Counted from the first letter of the stretch, positions 29,177 to 40,068 are shown. The stretch is DNA of 64,000 nt from Prevotella sp. (GCA_031285625.1 JAITVV010000017.1:32001-96000); one strand, 5' to 3'. Notes: generated by a model from the letters alone, not told the origin. Program-made: numbers and translations.

Positions 29177-30949
29177 ATGAATATAAATAAAAGATTAACC
29201 GCACTGCGTAGATTTATGGAAGAGAAAAGGCTGCATGCTTTTATTATTCCTAGTACTGATTCACACTTAAGTGAATACCCGGCTTCCCACTGGGCTTCAC
29301 GCGAATGGATCAGTGGATTTACCGGTTCGGCAGGCACAGTCGTTGTTACTCGCGAAAAAGCCGGTTTATGGACAGATTCGCGTTATTTTCTCCAGGCAGC
29401 AAACGAACTGAAAGAAACAGAAATAGACCTGTTTAAAGAAGGTCTACCTACAACCCCCACTATAGAAGAGTGGTTGACATCGGAACTGGGAAAAGGAGAA
29501 TATGTAGGTATAGATGGTAATGTATATGCTGCCAAAGAAGCCTTTAGCCTTACCCACAAATTAAATATGAAAGGCCTGCATATCATAAGCGATTATGATC
29601 CATTCAGTGACATATGGCACGACAGACCTGAAATACCAACAAATCCGATATTTGTACTTCCTGAAAAGTATACAGGAGAACCTGCACATAAAAAAATAAG
29701 CCGGATATGTGACAGCATAGAGAAGAATGGTGCGGAATCCTTACTTGTAGCATCTTTAGATACCATAGCCTGGATCTTCAACATAAGAGGTAATGATGTA
29801 AAATGCAATCCGGTAGCAGTAAGCTATGCTTATATTTCACGTAAAGAAACAGTCCTGTTCATTAATCCGAAAAAACTCACCCCTGAAATATCCGATTATC
29901 TCAAGGCAGAAGGAGTTACTATTGCTGAATATACAAAAGTATTTGACTATGTATCCAGACTGAAAGAACCGATCTCCCTTGATGCTAACAAGATAACATT
30001 TAGCCTGTATAATACAATTCCGGGCGAATGTAAGATCATTGATATGCCATCTACGGCAGACCTGATGAAAAGCATTAAGAACGAAACCGAGATACAAGGT
30101 TTTCGTAATGCAATGGAACGTGATGGTATTGCATTAGTACACTTTCTTATGTGGCTTGAAAAAGCTGTACCGAATGGAAATGTAACTGAGATCATGATCC
30201 CTGAAAAGCTGGTAGAATATCGTAGTCAACAAAAAAACTTTGTAGGCGAGAGTTTTGATACAATATCCGGCTATGGCCCTAATGGAGCCATTGTTCATTA
30301 TCACGTTACAGCAGAGAGCTCACTTCCTGTAAGACCTGAAGGATTCTTATTGGTGGACTCGGGAGCGCAATACTTCGACGGGACAACAGATATTACCCGT
30401 ACTATTGCTGTAGGCCCTTTGACAGATCAGATGAAGAAAGATTATACTATGGTTTTGAAAGGCCATATCGATTTGGCAACGGCAATCTACCCACAAGGCA
30501 CCAGAGGCAGCCAGCTTGATATACTGGCCCGAAAAGCATTATGGGATGAAGGTCTAAACTATTTGCATGGTACAGGACACGGCATAGGTCACTTCCTGAA
30601 TGTGCATGAAGGGCCTCAGAACATAAGGATGAACGAGAACCCCACAACATTGCAGATAGGTATGGTAACATCTAACGAACCGGGCATTTACAGAGCCGGG
30701 CAATATGGTATCCGCATAGAAAACCTGATAAAAACAAAACATGAAACCACAACCGAGTTTGGAGATTTTTATTCATTCGAAACCCTTACTCTTTGTCCGA
30801 TAGATACTACTCCTATTATAAAAGAGATGTTGACAGAAAAAGAAATCACATGGTTTAATGAATATCACAAATATGTATATGATCGTCTTTCCCCTCTATT
30901 GACTGACGACGCAAAACAATGGTTAAAAGAAAAGACAAATGAAATTTAA
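29177..30949 (+). CDS. Aminopeptidase P (M24B)
   Basis: DSGAQYFDGTTDITRT, HGTGHGIG, VHEGP, NEPG, GIRIEN. Confidence 0.95.
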   Translation: MNINKRLTALRRFMEEKRLHAFIIPSTDSHLSEYPASHWASREWISGFTGSAGTVVVTREKAGLWTDSRYFLQAANELKETEIDLFKEGLPTTPTIEEWLTSELGKGEYVGIDGNVYAAKEAFSLTHKLNMKGLHIISDYDPFSDIWHDRPEIPTNPIFVLPEKYTGEPAHKKISRICDSIEKNGAESLLVASLDTIAWIFNIRGNDVKCNPVAVSYAYISRKETVLFINPKKLTPEISDYLKAEGVTIAEYTKVFDYVSRLKEPISLDANKITFSLYNTIPGECKIIDMPSTADLMKSIKNETEIQGFRNAMERDGIALVHFLMWLEKAVPNGNVTEIMIPEKLVEYRSQQKNFVGESFDTISGYGPNGAIVHYHVTAESSLPVRPEGFLLVDSGAQYFDGTTDITRTIAVGPLTDQMKKDYTMVLKGHIDLATAIYPQGTRGSQLDILARKALWDEGLNYLHGTGHGIGHFLNVHEGPQNIRMNENPTTLQIGMVTSNEPGIYRAGQYGIRIENLIKTKHETTTEFGDFYSFETLTLCPIDTTPIIKEMLTEKEITWFNEYHKYVYDRLSPLLTDDAKQWLKEKTNEI

Positions 30950-32354
30950 AGCAGTTATTATACTAATGAGCCTCCTCTTCATATCTGAAATGGAGGCTCA
31001 AAATATTCAGGGTACAGATAATGGGTTTAATCTTGAAGTAACCTACCCGGGACAAGAAGGTAAAAAAATATACTTTGGGCAATACTGGAGAGGTAGCACA
31101 TACGCCCGCGACTCGGTAAAAGTGTCTGCAAGTGGCAAAGCTGTATTCTCTTCTAAAGAAAAGTATCCTGAAGGACAATACTTTATATATATAGCACCAG
31201 ACCTGAGGACTGATCTGCTAATTGGTAATGAACAAAGTAAAATACAAATAAATATCAATAGTCAGGATTATTTAAAGAGCAGCGTTTCGGGAAGTAACGA
31301 TACAAGATTATTGTGGAGTTATATGAACAAGGTTAATGAAAATGAAAGAATCATTGAAGCATTAAATGACCAGTTAGCCGACCCTAAAACTTCTTCGCAA
31401 AAGAAAGCCAGCCTTCAAAAAGAGATAGCAAAAGAAGAGGAACTGGCAGAAGCTTATATTGAAAGCCTTTTAAAAGAGAATAAAACGAGCTGGTTTACTA
31501 CCTTCCTTAAAGGTATGACCTCGGTCAATCTGCCATACCCTAATCCTAAAACAGAAAAAGAGTTTACGGATAATAAGAATTTTGGGAAAGCTCATTATTT
31601 TGATAATATAAATCTCACTGACCCTCGCTTGTGGCGAACAAACTATATGACCAGTTATATTGATACATACATGCGTCAATGGGTTGAACCGATTCCGGAT
31701 TCTTTAGCAATTGCAGCAAGTAAGTTAGTCGCAAAAACAAAAAGTAATGAAGCTTGTTTTAAAGAAATGCTGTCCTATATGGTGAATATGTCAACAACCA
31801 GTGACAGAATGGGAGACGAAAATATCTGGGCAAAGCTTTGCGAAGAATATATCTTTGATAAAAAACTTAAGTGGATCGACAGCATTCAGATGTCAGGCTT
31901 GCAATACATGTACGAGCATATAAAAAACAACCGGATAGGCATGAGAGCCCGTAATATAAAGCTCACATCAATGGATGGAAAAACAATAGAGACAAACGAT
32001 ATACAGGCCGAGTATCTTATGATATATTTTTATGGTCACGACTGTCATTATTGTTTAGAGGAGACACCGCGTATATACAATGATATATATCTTAAATACA
32101 AAGACAAAGGTCTGCAAGTAGTGGCTATCGATATTAAAGGAAGCGATAAAAAAGAATGGGAAAAATTTGTTAAAGATAATAAGATGACCGGCTGGATAAA
32201 TGCAGCTGACCCGAATAATAAATCACAATACTGGATGAATTATGACACCTCATATATTCCGTCGGTATTTGTGCTGGACAAAAACAAAAAAATAATAGCA
32301 AAGAAAATAGATTCCGAAGCACTGAAACATGTTTTCGATCATTATATTAAATAA
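30939..32354 (+). CDS. Exported TlpA/thioredoxin-like protein with N-terminal extension
   Basis: Signal peptide; C-terminal FYGHDCHYC (CxxC) and IPSVFVLD. Confidence 0.8.
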   Translation: MKFKAVIILMSLLFISEMEAQNIQGTDNGFNLEVTYPGQEGKKIYFGQYWRGSTYARDSVKVSASGKAVFSSKEKYPEGQYFIYIAPDLRTDLLIGNEQSKIQININSQDYLKSSVSGSNDTRLLWSYMNKVNENERIIEALNDQLADPKTSSQKKASLQKEIAKEEELAEAYIESLLKENKTSWFTTFLKGMTSVNLPYPNPKTEKEFTDNKNFGKAHYFDNINLTDPRLWRTNYMTSYIDTYMRQWVEPIPDSLAIAASKLVAKTKSNEACFKEMLSYMVNMSTTSDRMGDENIWAKLCEEYIFDKKLKWIDSIQMSGLQYMYEHIKNNRIGMRARNIKLTSMDGKTIETNDIQAEYLMIYFYGHDCHYCLEETPRIYNDIYLKYKDKGLQVVAIDIKGSDKKEWEKFVKDNKMTGWINAADPNNKSQYWMNYDTSYIPSVFVLDKNKKIIAKKIDSEALKHVFDHYIK

Positions 32355-32357
32355 AAA

Positions 32358-32882
32358 ATGGCATTAATAAAAGAAGTCAGAGGGTTTATCCCCGAGATTG
32401 GAGATAATACATACATGGCCGAAAATGCAACGATTATCGGCGATGTAGTGATAGGTAAAGATTGCAGTATCTGGTTTAACACTGTCCTTCGTGGCGATGT
32501 AAACTCAATACGGATAGGAAATAGAGTAAATATACAGGACGGAAGCGTACTACACACATTATATCAAAAATCGGTAGTAGAAATCGGCGACGATGTTTCT
32601 ATAGGCCACAATGTAGTAGTACATGGTGCAAAGATCGAAAATGGAGCATTAATCGGTATGGGAGCTATCGTGCTTGACCATGCCGTAATTGGAGAAGGTG
32701 CTATTATTGCTGCCGGCTCCGTTGTGTTAAGTGGCACGCAGGTCGAACCTGGAAGCATATATGCAGGTGTTCCTGCTAAATTTGTCAAAAAAGTGGATCC
32801 CGACCAAGCTAAAGAAATGAATCAGAAGATAGCTAAAAACTATCTGATGTACTCCGGCTGGTTTAAAGAAGACGAAGAATAG
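32358..32882 (+). CDS. Gamma carbonic anhydrase family (hexapeptide repeat) protein
   Basis: LRGDVN, NIQDGSVLH, IGHNVVVHG. Confidence 0.92.
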   Translation: MALIKEVRGFIPEIGDNTYMAENATIIGDVVIGKDCSIWFNTVLRGDVNSIRIGNRVNIQDGSVLHTLYQKSVVEIGDDVSIGHNVVVHGAKIENGALIGMGAIVLDHAVIGEGAIIAAGSVVLSGTQVEPGSIYAGVPAKFVKKVDPDQAKEMNQKIAKNYLMYSGWFKEDEE

Positions 32883-32886
32883 AACA

Positions 32887-33378
32887 TTGAAAGGCATCGT
32901 AATCAGGAGAATAAAAACAGATGAACTTCATTTTCTTGAAGGTATGCTGTATGAAGCTATTTATCAGCCGGAAAGTGAAACACTTCTCCCTCGTGAAATA
33001 ATAAAAACTCCTGAAATAGATGTTTTCATAAACAATTTTGGCAAACAACAGGATGATCATTGTTTAGTTGCAGATCTGAACGGGAAAATCATTGGGGCTG
33101 TATGGGTCAGGATTTTATCCGGTAAGATAAAAGGCTATGGTAACATTGATAATGAAACTCCCGAATTTGCTATCTCCTTATTTCAGGAATACCGGAATAA
33201 AGGTTACGGAACGCAAATGATGAAGAAAATGATAGAGTATCTCATAGAGAAGGGATATAAACAAACGTCATTAAGTGTAGATAAAAATAATTATGCTGTA
33301 AGAATGTACCAAAAGCTAGGATTTGAAACCATTCAGGAGAATGAGCATGATTACATAATGTTATTAAAACTAAGGTGA
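32887..33378 (+). CDS. GNAT N-acetyltransferase
   Basis: YRNKGYG, SLSVDKNNYAVRMYQKLGF; TTG start. Confidence 0.88.
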   Translation: MKGIVIRRIKTDELHFLEGMLYEAIYQPESETLLPREIIKTPEIDVFINNFGKQQDDHCLVADLNGKIIGAVWVRILSGKIKGYGNIDNETPEFAISLFQEYRNKGYGTQMMKKMIEYLIEKGYKQTSLSVDKNNYAVRMYQKLGFETIQENEHDYIMLLKLR

Positions 33379-33382
33379 AAAT

Positions 33383-34012
33383 ATGAATTTAATAGAAGAC
33401 CTGAATTGGCGGCATGCCTGTAAAGGGATGAATGGGACCAAGGTTCCACAAGAGAAAATAAACAGAATACTGGAAGCGGTCAACCTCGCTCCTACCTCAC
33501 TTGGCATGCAAGCATTTAAAGTGTTAGTAATAGAGAACAAAGAGCTTAAAGAGCAAATATATAAAGAAGCATGTCAACAGCAACCGATAACAGAATGCTC
33601 CCACCTGCTGGTATTCGCCTCCTATACAGAAATAACAGACAGATATCTGGATGAATATTTTTCTTTAATAGAGCGAAAACGAAATCCGGGTAAAGAGTGG
33701 TGTGACAAGTACAGGAAAAAGATCGAATTCTTCATGGAAAAGAATTATAATAATCTGGAGGGCTGGTTGGCAAAGCAAACCTACATAGCTTTAGGTATAG
33801 CATGTACCGTTGCAGCTAACGAACGTGTAGATTCAGTACCGATTGAAGGCTTTGACAAAGAGGCGTTGAATCGCATTTTAAACCTCCCGGACAAGCACCT
33901 TTCAGCCACCTTCATCTTACCACTGGGCTACAAAGATCCGGCACAAGACTGGATGAATAATCAACCTAAAGTACGAAAAGAACTGAATGACCTGATAGAA
34001 GTGATCAGGTAA
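33383..34012 (+). CDS. Nitroreductase family protein
   Basis: LNWRHACK, LAPTSLGMQ, PIEGF, LPLGY. Confidence 0.92.
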   Translation: MNLIEDLNWRHACKGMNGTKVPQEKINRILEAVNLAPTSLGMQAFKVLVIENKELKEQIYKEACQQQPITECSHLLVFASYTEITDRYLDEYFSLIERKRNPGKEWCDKYRKKIEFFMEKNYNNLEGWLAKQTYIALGIACTVAANERVDSVPIEGFDKEALNRILNLPDKHLSATFILPLGYKDPAQDWMNNQPKVRKELNDLIEVIR

Positions 34013-34056
34013 GGTTTGAGCTGGATATTTATCTATTATATAAGAACATTAACAAT

Positions 34057-34117
34057 AAAAAAGGGAACAAAGTGACAGAATAAAATGAACAGAAAGCTGT
34101 TACCTTTGTTACTTTTT
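34057..34117. repeat. Imperfect inverted-repeat element of a dispersed GTAACA/TGTCAC family
   Basis: AAAAAGGGAACAAAGTGACAG ... CTGTTACCTTTGTTACTTTTT. Confidence 0.5.
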
Positions 34118-34124
34118 ATAAAAT

Positions 34125-34424
34125 ATGGCAGGAGAAAAAGGGGATAGCAATCTGGCGAATAACTCTATTGGATGGGTTATTATTGTATTGAATCTACTTT
34201 GGCTATATAGTACTATTCATCGTTTTTACGATCAAAACTTTGGTAGTATCCTTTATATTTTCTTAATTCCGAACTGGATACTGATTATAAATATAATTTG
34301 CGGATTCGTTGGAATCTTCTTAGCAGCAAAGCTAATCAGAAAGAAAATAAGTGCATGGACTGCCCTACCTGTCAATTTTGGATTGTTTTGTCTCTGTATA
34401 TTGATTGAATGCTTAATAATATAA
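34125..34424 (+). CDS. Small hypothetical membrane protein (about 3 TM)
   Basis: 99-aa hydrophobic ORF filling the gap before ppk2. Confidence 0.55.
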   Translation: MAGEKGDSNLANNSIGWVIIVLNLLWLYSTIHRFYDQNFGSILYIFLIPNWILIINIICGFVGIFLAAKLIRKKISAWTALPVNFGLFCLCILIECLII

Positions 34425-34445
34425 TAGAACTAAAAATAAATAATT

Positions 34446-35417
34446 ATGAAAAAAGAAGTTCTAAAAAAGATGCTTGCGAAACCCGGAGAGAAACACAAAG
34501 TCTCTGAGTTTGATACAAATTATACTGCCGGATTAAAAAAAGAAGAGGGTGTACAGCTACTAGAAGAAAACAGAGAGCAATTAGCCAAACTACAGGATAA
34601 ACTATATGCTCAGGATCGTTACTCCATTTTGATTATATTCCAGGCAATGGATGCTGCTGGAAAAGACGGCACTGTCAAACATGTAATGTCAGGTATTAAT
34701 CCGCAGGGTTGTCAGGTTTTCTCATTCAAGCAGCCATCTGCTGAAGAACTGGATCATGATTATTTGTGGCGTATATACAAATGTCTTCCTGAACGTGGCA
34801 GAATAGGTATCTTTAACAGATCGCACTACGAAGATGTATTGGTAGCGAAGGTTCATCCATCAATCGTATTGAACGGCAAATTACCGAATATCAACACCGT
34901 AGAGGATATTGATGATAAGTTCTGGAAGAACCGTTACAGGCAGATCAATGATATGGAAAGGCATCTGACCGAAAATGGCACTATTATATTAAAGTTCTTT
35001 CTTAATGTTTCACATGATGAACAGGAAAAACGCTTTCTGGCTAGGCTCGATGATGAAGCTAAAAACTGGAAGTTTTCAGCATCTGACCTCAAAGAACGTT
35101 CATACTGGGACAATTACATGGAAGCATATTCGGATATGCTCACTCATACGTCTACAAGTGAAGCGCCTTGGCATGTAATCCCTGCTGATAATAAATGGTT
35201 TATGCGATATGCTGTCGGACAAATCATTTGTGACAAGATGGAGGAGTTAAAATTAAATTATCCGGTACTCTCCGAAGCAGCAAAAGTTGAGTTGGATGCT
35301 ACAAAGAAAGCGCTAGCCAATACTGCACAGCCAGAGGTAAAAGAAAAGAAATCAAAGAAATCAGAGAAAGAGAAATCAGGTAAGACGGATAAAAAAGAAA
35401 AGAAAAACAAGAAATAA
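34446..35417 (+). CDS. ppk2: Polyphosphate kinase 2 family protein
   Basis: QAMDAAGKDG, FNRSHYEDVL, KNWKF, PADNKW; Lys-rich tail. Confidence 0.93.
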   Translation: MKKEVLKKMLAKPGEKHKVSEFDTNYTAGLKKEEGVQLLEENREQLAKLQDKLYAQDRYSILIIFQAMDAAGKDGTVKHVMSGINPQGCQVFSFKQPSAEELDHDYLWRIYKCLPERGRIGIFNRSHYEDVLVAKVHPSIVLNGKLPNINTVEDIDDKFWKNRYRQINDMERHLTENGTIILKFFLNVSHDEQEKRFLARLDDEAKNWKFSASDLKERSYWDNYMEAYSDMLTHTSTSEAPWHVIPADNKWFMRYAVGQIICDKMEELKLNYPVLSEAAKVELDATKKALANTAQPEVKEKKSKKSEKEKSGKTDKKEKKNKK

Positions 35418-35429
35418 CTTAAAAATAAG

Positions 35430-35456
35430 AAAGCAGCACTGATATAGTGCTGCTTT
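35430..35456. terminator. Bidirectional terminator between ppk2 and corA
   Basis: AAAGCAGCACT-gatat-AGTGCTGCTTT. Confidence 0.8.
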
Positions 35457-35465
35457 TATTTATAG

Positions 35466-36410
35466 TCACAACCATTTATTCCTCTTAAAATAGATCAGGA
35501 TAAGAGCAACAGCAGCTACCATAAGCCCCAGCGAAAACTCGTATCCGTATTCCCACCTCAACTCAGGCATATCTCCAAAGTTCATACCATAGATACTGGC
35601 AATAAGTGTAGGCGGCATAAATATCACCGATATTACAGTAAACATCTTGATGATCTTATTTTGCTCAATGTTTACAAACCCGAGGAAAGTATCCTGTAAA
35701 TAATCGAGCCGGTCAAAACTGAACCGTATATGTTCGAGCAGGGAGTTTATATCTTTAACCAGAATAGTGATTCTACCATGTAGTTCTCTTGGGATCAGCT
35801 CACTCTTCAACATACTAGACACCGCACGTTGCTTATCTATAATATTCTCCCGGAGCATCATCGTCTTTTCCTGCAAATCCTTGATCTCCATCAAAAGCTC
35901 TTCGTCAGCTTCTTTTATACTGATGCTATTACTCAGTGAGGTAATTTGCTGTGTCACCCGCTCTATCATATCCGCATCTATTTCAACCCGTGTTTCCAAT
36001 ATTGCAACAAACACATGATAACCTGTAGGATACATCTTGGGATTGGCGGATATCTTCTTTATTGTCTCATGAAAAGACGACAGGTCTTCGCTACGAACGG
36101 TTATAAGTATATTATTCTTGAGTATGAATGAAACAGGTTCCTTTTCAAAATTACCAAGAAGGAAGTTTGAATTTACAACCAAAGAATCGGCTGTTTCCAT
36201 ATACCTGGCCGACATCTCAATTTCAACCATTTCTTCCTCTTCCTGAATATAGATCTTAAGATAATCTTCCAGTTCATTCTCGATCTCCTCATCTACATTG
36301 TTAAGGTCGATCCAGAGAAAGTTTTTGATAGGTGTGGTTTTCAAAAACTCAATGCTACGGCTCATTCTTATAGCATTGTCTTTATGATAGAATAGTTTTA
36401 CTTCTGACAT
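35466..36410 (-). CDS. corA: Magnesium/cobalt transporter
   Basis: PPTLIASIYGMNF..MPEL. Confidence 0.95.
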   Translation of the reverse strand: MSEVKLFYHKDNAIRMSRSIEFLKTTPIKNFLWIDLNNVDEEIENELEDYLKIYIQEEEEMVEIEMSARYMETADSLVVNSNFLLGNFEKEPVSFILKNNILITVRSEDLSSFHETIKKISANPKMYPTGYHVFVAILETRVEIDADMIERVTQQITSLSNSISIKEADEELLMEIKDLQEKTMMLRENIIDKQRAVSSMLKSELIPRELHGRITILVKDINSLLEHIRFSFDRLDYLQDTFLGFVNIEQNKIIKMFTVISVIFMPPTLIASIYGMNFGDMPELRWEYGYEFSLGLMVAAVALILIYFKRNKWL

Positions 36411-36447
36411 GAGCTCTTTAATTAAAATGTACGACTCCTATTTCTTC

Positions 36448-37239
36448 TCACTTACCACTCCCGGGCAGAAAGGCTGCTACAATATTAGTCAGCTCTTCAA
36501 AATCTGCAACCGAGAGCCGCTCGGGTCGTTCATCAAAGATGCGATCTGAATATGCTTCACAGTCTTTTCCGAGCAACGGCTTCATCGAATTCCTCAGTGT
36601 TTTTCGTCTTTGGTTGAATCCGGTTTTCACAACCGTCTTAAATAGTTTTTCGTCACAGTTCAATTGCTTCCTATTATTCCGAGTTAGCTTTATTACTGCA
36701 GATTTCACTCTCGGAGGAGGATCGAATACCTTCTCACTTACTGTAAAAAGATATTCTATATCGTACCATGCCTGAAGCAGTACACTTAGTATACCATATG
36801 TCTTACCTCCCGGCTTAGAAGCTATCCGTTCAGCCACCTCTTTTTGCAACATTCCGGAACAACATGGTATCCTGTCTTTATATTCCAATACCTTGAAGAA
36901 TATCTGGGAAGATATATTATATGGATAGTTTCCTATTACACAAAATTTATCTTCGTAGATATCCGAAAGATCGAGGCGCAGAAAATCAGCTTCTATAATA
37001 TGTCCTCGCAAAGAAGGATAATGCTCGTTCAGATATGGCACAGAATCTCTGTCAAGTTCCACCACGGTCAATTCTTTTTCTTTTTCGATCAGAAACTGGG
37101 TTAGCACTCCCATCCCCGGACCTACTTCAATAACCGGTACATCCTGAAAATCATCAAGAGTATCGGCTATCCGACGAGCTATATCCAGATCTTTAAGGAA
37201 ATGTTGCCCTAAGAATTTCTTTGGTCTAACTACTGCCAT
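36448..37239 (-). CDS. rsmA: 16S rRNA adenine dimethyltransferase
   Basis: KKFLGQHFL, EVGPGMG, NYPYNIS, QKEVAERI. Confidence 0.96.
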   Translation of the reverse strand: MAVVRPKKFLGQHFLKDLDIARRIADTLDDFQDVPVIEVGPGMGVLTQFLIEKEKELTVVELDRDSVPYLNEHYPSLRGHIIEADFLRLDLSDIYEDKFCVIGNYPYNISSQIFFKVLEYKDRIPCCSGMLQKEVAERIASKPGGKTYGILSVLLQAWYDIEYLFTVSEKVFDPPPRVKSAVIKLTRNNRKQLNCDEKLFKTVVKTGFNQRRKTLRNSMKPLLGKDCEAYSDRIFDERPERLSVADFEELTNIVAAFLPGSGK

Positions 37240-37345
37240 ACTTATAATTATGATTATATTTGCAGCGGCAAAGGTAGTGTTTTATTGCATAAAACTGGTC
37301 TTGTGAGAGAACCTTTATTTTGAAACTACGATATAAAAATAGAGA

Positions 37346-38356
37346 ATGGAAGAAAAAAATGAAGTAGCGACATCGAAAAAAAGCTCTTTATTAAACAAAC
37401 TTATAAAAGTCGTTTTACCTCTGGGACTAGGTATTGCGATTATATATTATCTCATTAGTAAAATAGATCCTAGGGAGCTCTGGGAAGTGCTCAAAGATGC
37501 CAATTGGCCCATTTTGCTGTTCTCCCTTTTATTCGGACTATTAGGAAATACAATCAGAGGATACCGTTGGCAATTATTCATAAAGCCGTTAGGTTATAAT
37601 CCTAAAGTTTCAATGTTGAATTATGCCATATATGGAGGCTATGCTGTAAACTTTGCTCTTCCGCGTGCAGGTGAAATCTGGCGATGTGGCGTACTGGCCA
37701 AAGAAGAGGATATACCTTTTACCAAATTATTTGGTACGATGATACTCGACCGTATATTTGATACCCTTACAGTTTTTACCATCTCACTGATTGCATTCTT
37801 GTTTAACATGCAATTCTTCCTGACCCAACTGCAGCAAAGTCAGGGTACGTTTGACACTGTACTTTCAGTATTAAAATCTCCACTCCTATATATTGCCATA
37901 GGTGCGGCAATAATCACAACTTATATTGTATTCAAGTACTTTAAGGAAAATGTTGTCGTACGCAAAATAAAAGACTTCCTAGCAGGAATGAGCAGAGATA
38001 TGAAGTCTATATGGCAGATGAAAACCAAAGGTAGATTGTTTTTATATACTATTGGTATCTGGGGCTCATATTTCTGTTATTTTTACATTACATTCTTCGC
38101 TTTTGACTTTACTACAAACCTTGGTATAACAGCCGGATTGATTGCATTTGCCCTAAGCAGCATCAGCATGGGAGTTCCTTCAAATGGAGGTTTGGGTCCA
38201 TGGCAAATAGCCGTTATCGCTTCACTTAGCTTATATGGTGTGGATAAACTGCATGCAACCGCTTTTGCAACCGGAGTTTTTGCGGTGCAATCCATATGGG
38301 TTATACTTTGTGGATTGTTTGGTATAGCTATGCTAGCAATAAAGAAGCGTAAATAA
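37346..38356 (+). CDS. Lysylphosphatidylglycerol-synthase TM / flippase-like membrane protein
   Basis: RGYRW, NFALPRAGEIWR, DRIFD, PSNGGLGPW. Confidence 0.85.
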   Translation: MEEKNEVATSKKSSLLNKLIKVVLPLGLGIAIIYYLISKIDPRELWEVLKDANWPILLFSLLFGLLGNTIRGYRWQLFIKPLGYNPKVSMLNYAIYGGYAVNFALPRAGEIWRCGVLAKEEDIPFTKLFGTMILDRIFDTLTVFTISLIAFLFNMQFFLTQLQQSQGTFDTVLSVLKSPLLYIAIGAAIITTYIVFKYFKENVVVRKIKDFLAGMSRDMKSIWQMKTKGRLFLYTIGIWGSYFCYFYITFFAFDFTTNLGITAGLIAFALSSISMGVPSNGGLGPWQIAVIASLSLYGVDKLHATAFATGVFAVQSIWVILCGLFGIAMLAIKKRK

Positions 38357-38414
38357 CATCCTTTTTTACTACAATAATTATCTATTCATGGATAACATCC
38401 CTTAAATAGGGAAA

Positions 38415-38470
38415 TATAAAAGTAACATTTCAAAAACATAGGAAAAGGTGTCACTTTTGTCACTTTTTAT
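38415..38470. repeat. Dispersed GTAACA/TGTCAC element copy
   Basis: AAAAGTAACA ... GGTGTCACTTTTGTCACTTTTT. Confidence 0.45.
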
Positions 38471-38573
38471 TGTGCAGACTAAGTCAGAAGCCATGCAAAA
38501 TCAGATTGTCAACAAATATTCAGAAATAATCTAAAAATATAACTTCATCTGATCAGCTTCATCCTTATTTTCC

Positions 38574-38581
38574 TATCTTTG
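38574..38581 (+). promoter_or_regulatory. -7 promoter box of pepD
   Basis: TATCTTTG 32 nt upstream of the ATG. Confidence 0.55.
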
Positions 38582-38613
38582 TTACTATTCGTAAATTTTA
38601 AAACATAATTTTT

Positions 38614-40068
38614 ATGTCAAAAGAGATACTTAAACTAAAACCGACACAATTGTGGAAGCATTTCTACGATTTGACTCAGATCCCCCGACCGACCGGACAA
38701 ATGAAAGAAGTCACAAAATTTGTAATAGATTTTGGTAAAGCATTGGGGCTGGATGTAAAACAAGATAAGACAGGCAATGTTCTGATCACAAAACCTGCAA
38801 CCAAAGGAATGGAAAAAGCGCCGGTAGTAATTCTACAATCGCATTTAGACATGGTTCCTCAAAAAAATGCAGATACAAAACATGATTTCACTAAAGACCC
38901 TATAGAGACCCGGATTGACGGGAATTTGGTAAAGGCCAGTTCAACCACCTTGGGGGCTGATAATGGTATTGGCGCTGCTGCCATGATGGCTGTTTTGGAA
39001 GACAAGAAGCTAAAACACGGTAAGATAGAAGCTCTATTCACTGTAGACGAAGAAGTGGGTATGGTAGGAGCTACAGGCCTTAAAAAAGGATTCTTATCTG
39101 GCAACGTTCTATTAAATCTGGATACAGAAGAGATAGGCGAACTATGTGTGGGTTGCGCAGGTGGTGCTGATGTAAATGCAGACTGGGAATTTAAGGATGT
39201 AAAAACACCAAAAGGTGATATAGCATACAAAGTAACTCTTAAAGGTCTTAGAGGCGGACATTCCGGAACAGAGATTCACTTAGGCAGAGCTAATGCAAAC
39301 AAGTTGATGTTCTATTTCCTGAAAGACGCTGTGGCTAATTATGAAGTACGCCTTTCAGCTATTGACGGAGGCTCATTACGCAATGCTATTCCACGTGAGG
39401 CTTTTGCTATTGTTACTTTACCGGAAGAGGATGAAAAGGATTTTCTTAAATTGGTAAAAAAATCTGAGAAAGTATTTAAGGAAGAATACAAAGCTGTAGA
39501 ATCGAATCTTTCATTTAAGGCTACCAAAACAGATGTACCAAAAACGCTTATTCCTGAAGAGATACAGGATAGTTTGATAAACGCTGTTGTTGGATGCCAG
39601 AATGGAGTTATCAGTATGCTTACAGATTTTGTAGGCATTGTGGAAACTTCTACAAACTTAGCTTCTGTAAAATCAGAACCGGGTCGTATATCAGCAAAGA
39701 TGCTGACCAGAAGTTCTTCTGAAACACGTAAGGATGAAATCTGCTCGAGCCTGGAAAGCATATTCGCACTAGCCGGTGCAAAAGTATCGATTGAGAACGG
39801 ATATCCGGGATGGCAGCCTAATGCCCAATCTGACACATTAAACATGATGGCTAAACTATATAAGGAAATGTACAAAGAAGATGCCCATGTGGTAGTTGTA
39901 CATGCTGGGCTGGAATGTGGCATTATCCTGGGTAGTACACCTGGACTGGATATTGTTTCATTTGGACCTACAATATTGAATGCTCATTCTCCTGACGAAT
40001 ACGTAGAAATAGATACAGTAGAAAAGTTCTATAACTACCTGGTAAAGACATTAGAAAGAATTAAATAG
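38614..40068 (+). CDS. pepD: Aminoacyl-histidine dipeptidase (M20C)
   Basis: QSHLDMV, LGADNGIG, DEEVG, NLDTE, HAGLECG, AHSPDE. Confidence 0.95.
   Translation: MSKEILKLKPTQLWKHFYDLTQIPRPTGQMKEVTKFVIDFGKALGLDVKQDKTGNVLITKPATKGMEKAPVVILQSHLDMVPQKNADTKHDFTKDPIETRIDGNLVKASSTTLGADNGIGAAAMMAVLEDKKLKHGKIEALFTVDEEVGMVGATGLKKGFLSGNVLLNLDTEEIGELCVGCAGGADVNADWEFKDVKTPKGDIAYKVTLKGLRGGHSGTEIHLGRANANKLMFYFLKDAVANYEVRLSAIDGGSLRNAIPREAFAIVTLPEEDEKDFLKLVKKSEKVFKEEYKAVESNLSFKATKTDVPKTLIPEEIQDSLINAVVGCQNGVISMLTDFVGIVETSTNLASVKSEPGRISAKMLTRSSSETRKDEICSSLESIFALAGAKVSIENGYPGWQPNAQSDTLNMMAKLYKEMYKEDAHVVVVHAGLECGIILGSTPGLDIVSFGPTILNAHSPDEYVEIDTVEKFYNYLVKTLERIK

Noticed and set aside
39339-39923. 194-aa antisense ORF within pepD (and similar shadow ORFs, e.g. 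38859-39230, 8419-8751, 49522-49911, 62105-62491)
   Set aside because: Fully overlaps well-conserved genes and has no recognisable motifs; consistent with codon-bias shadows.
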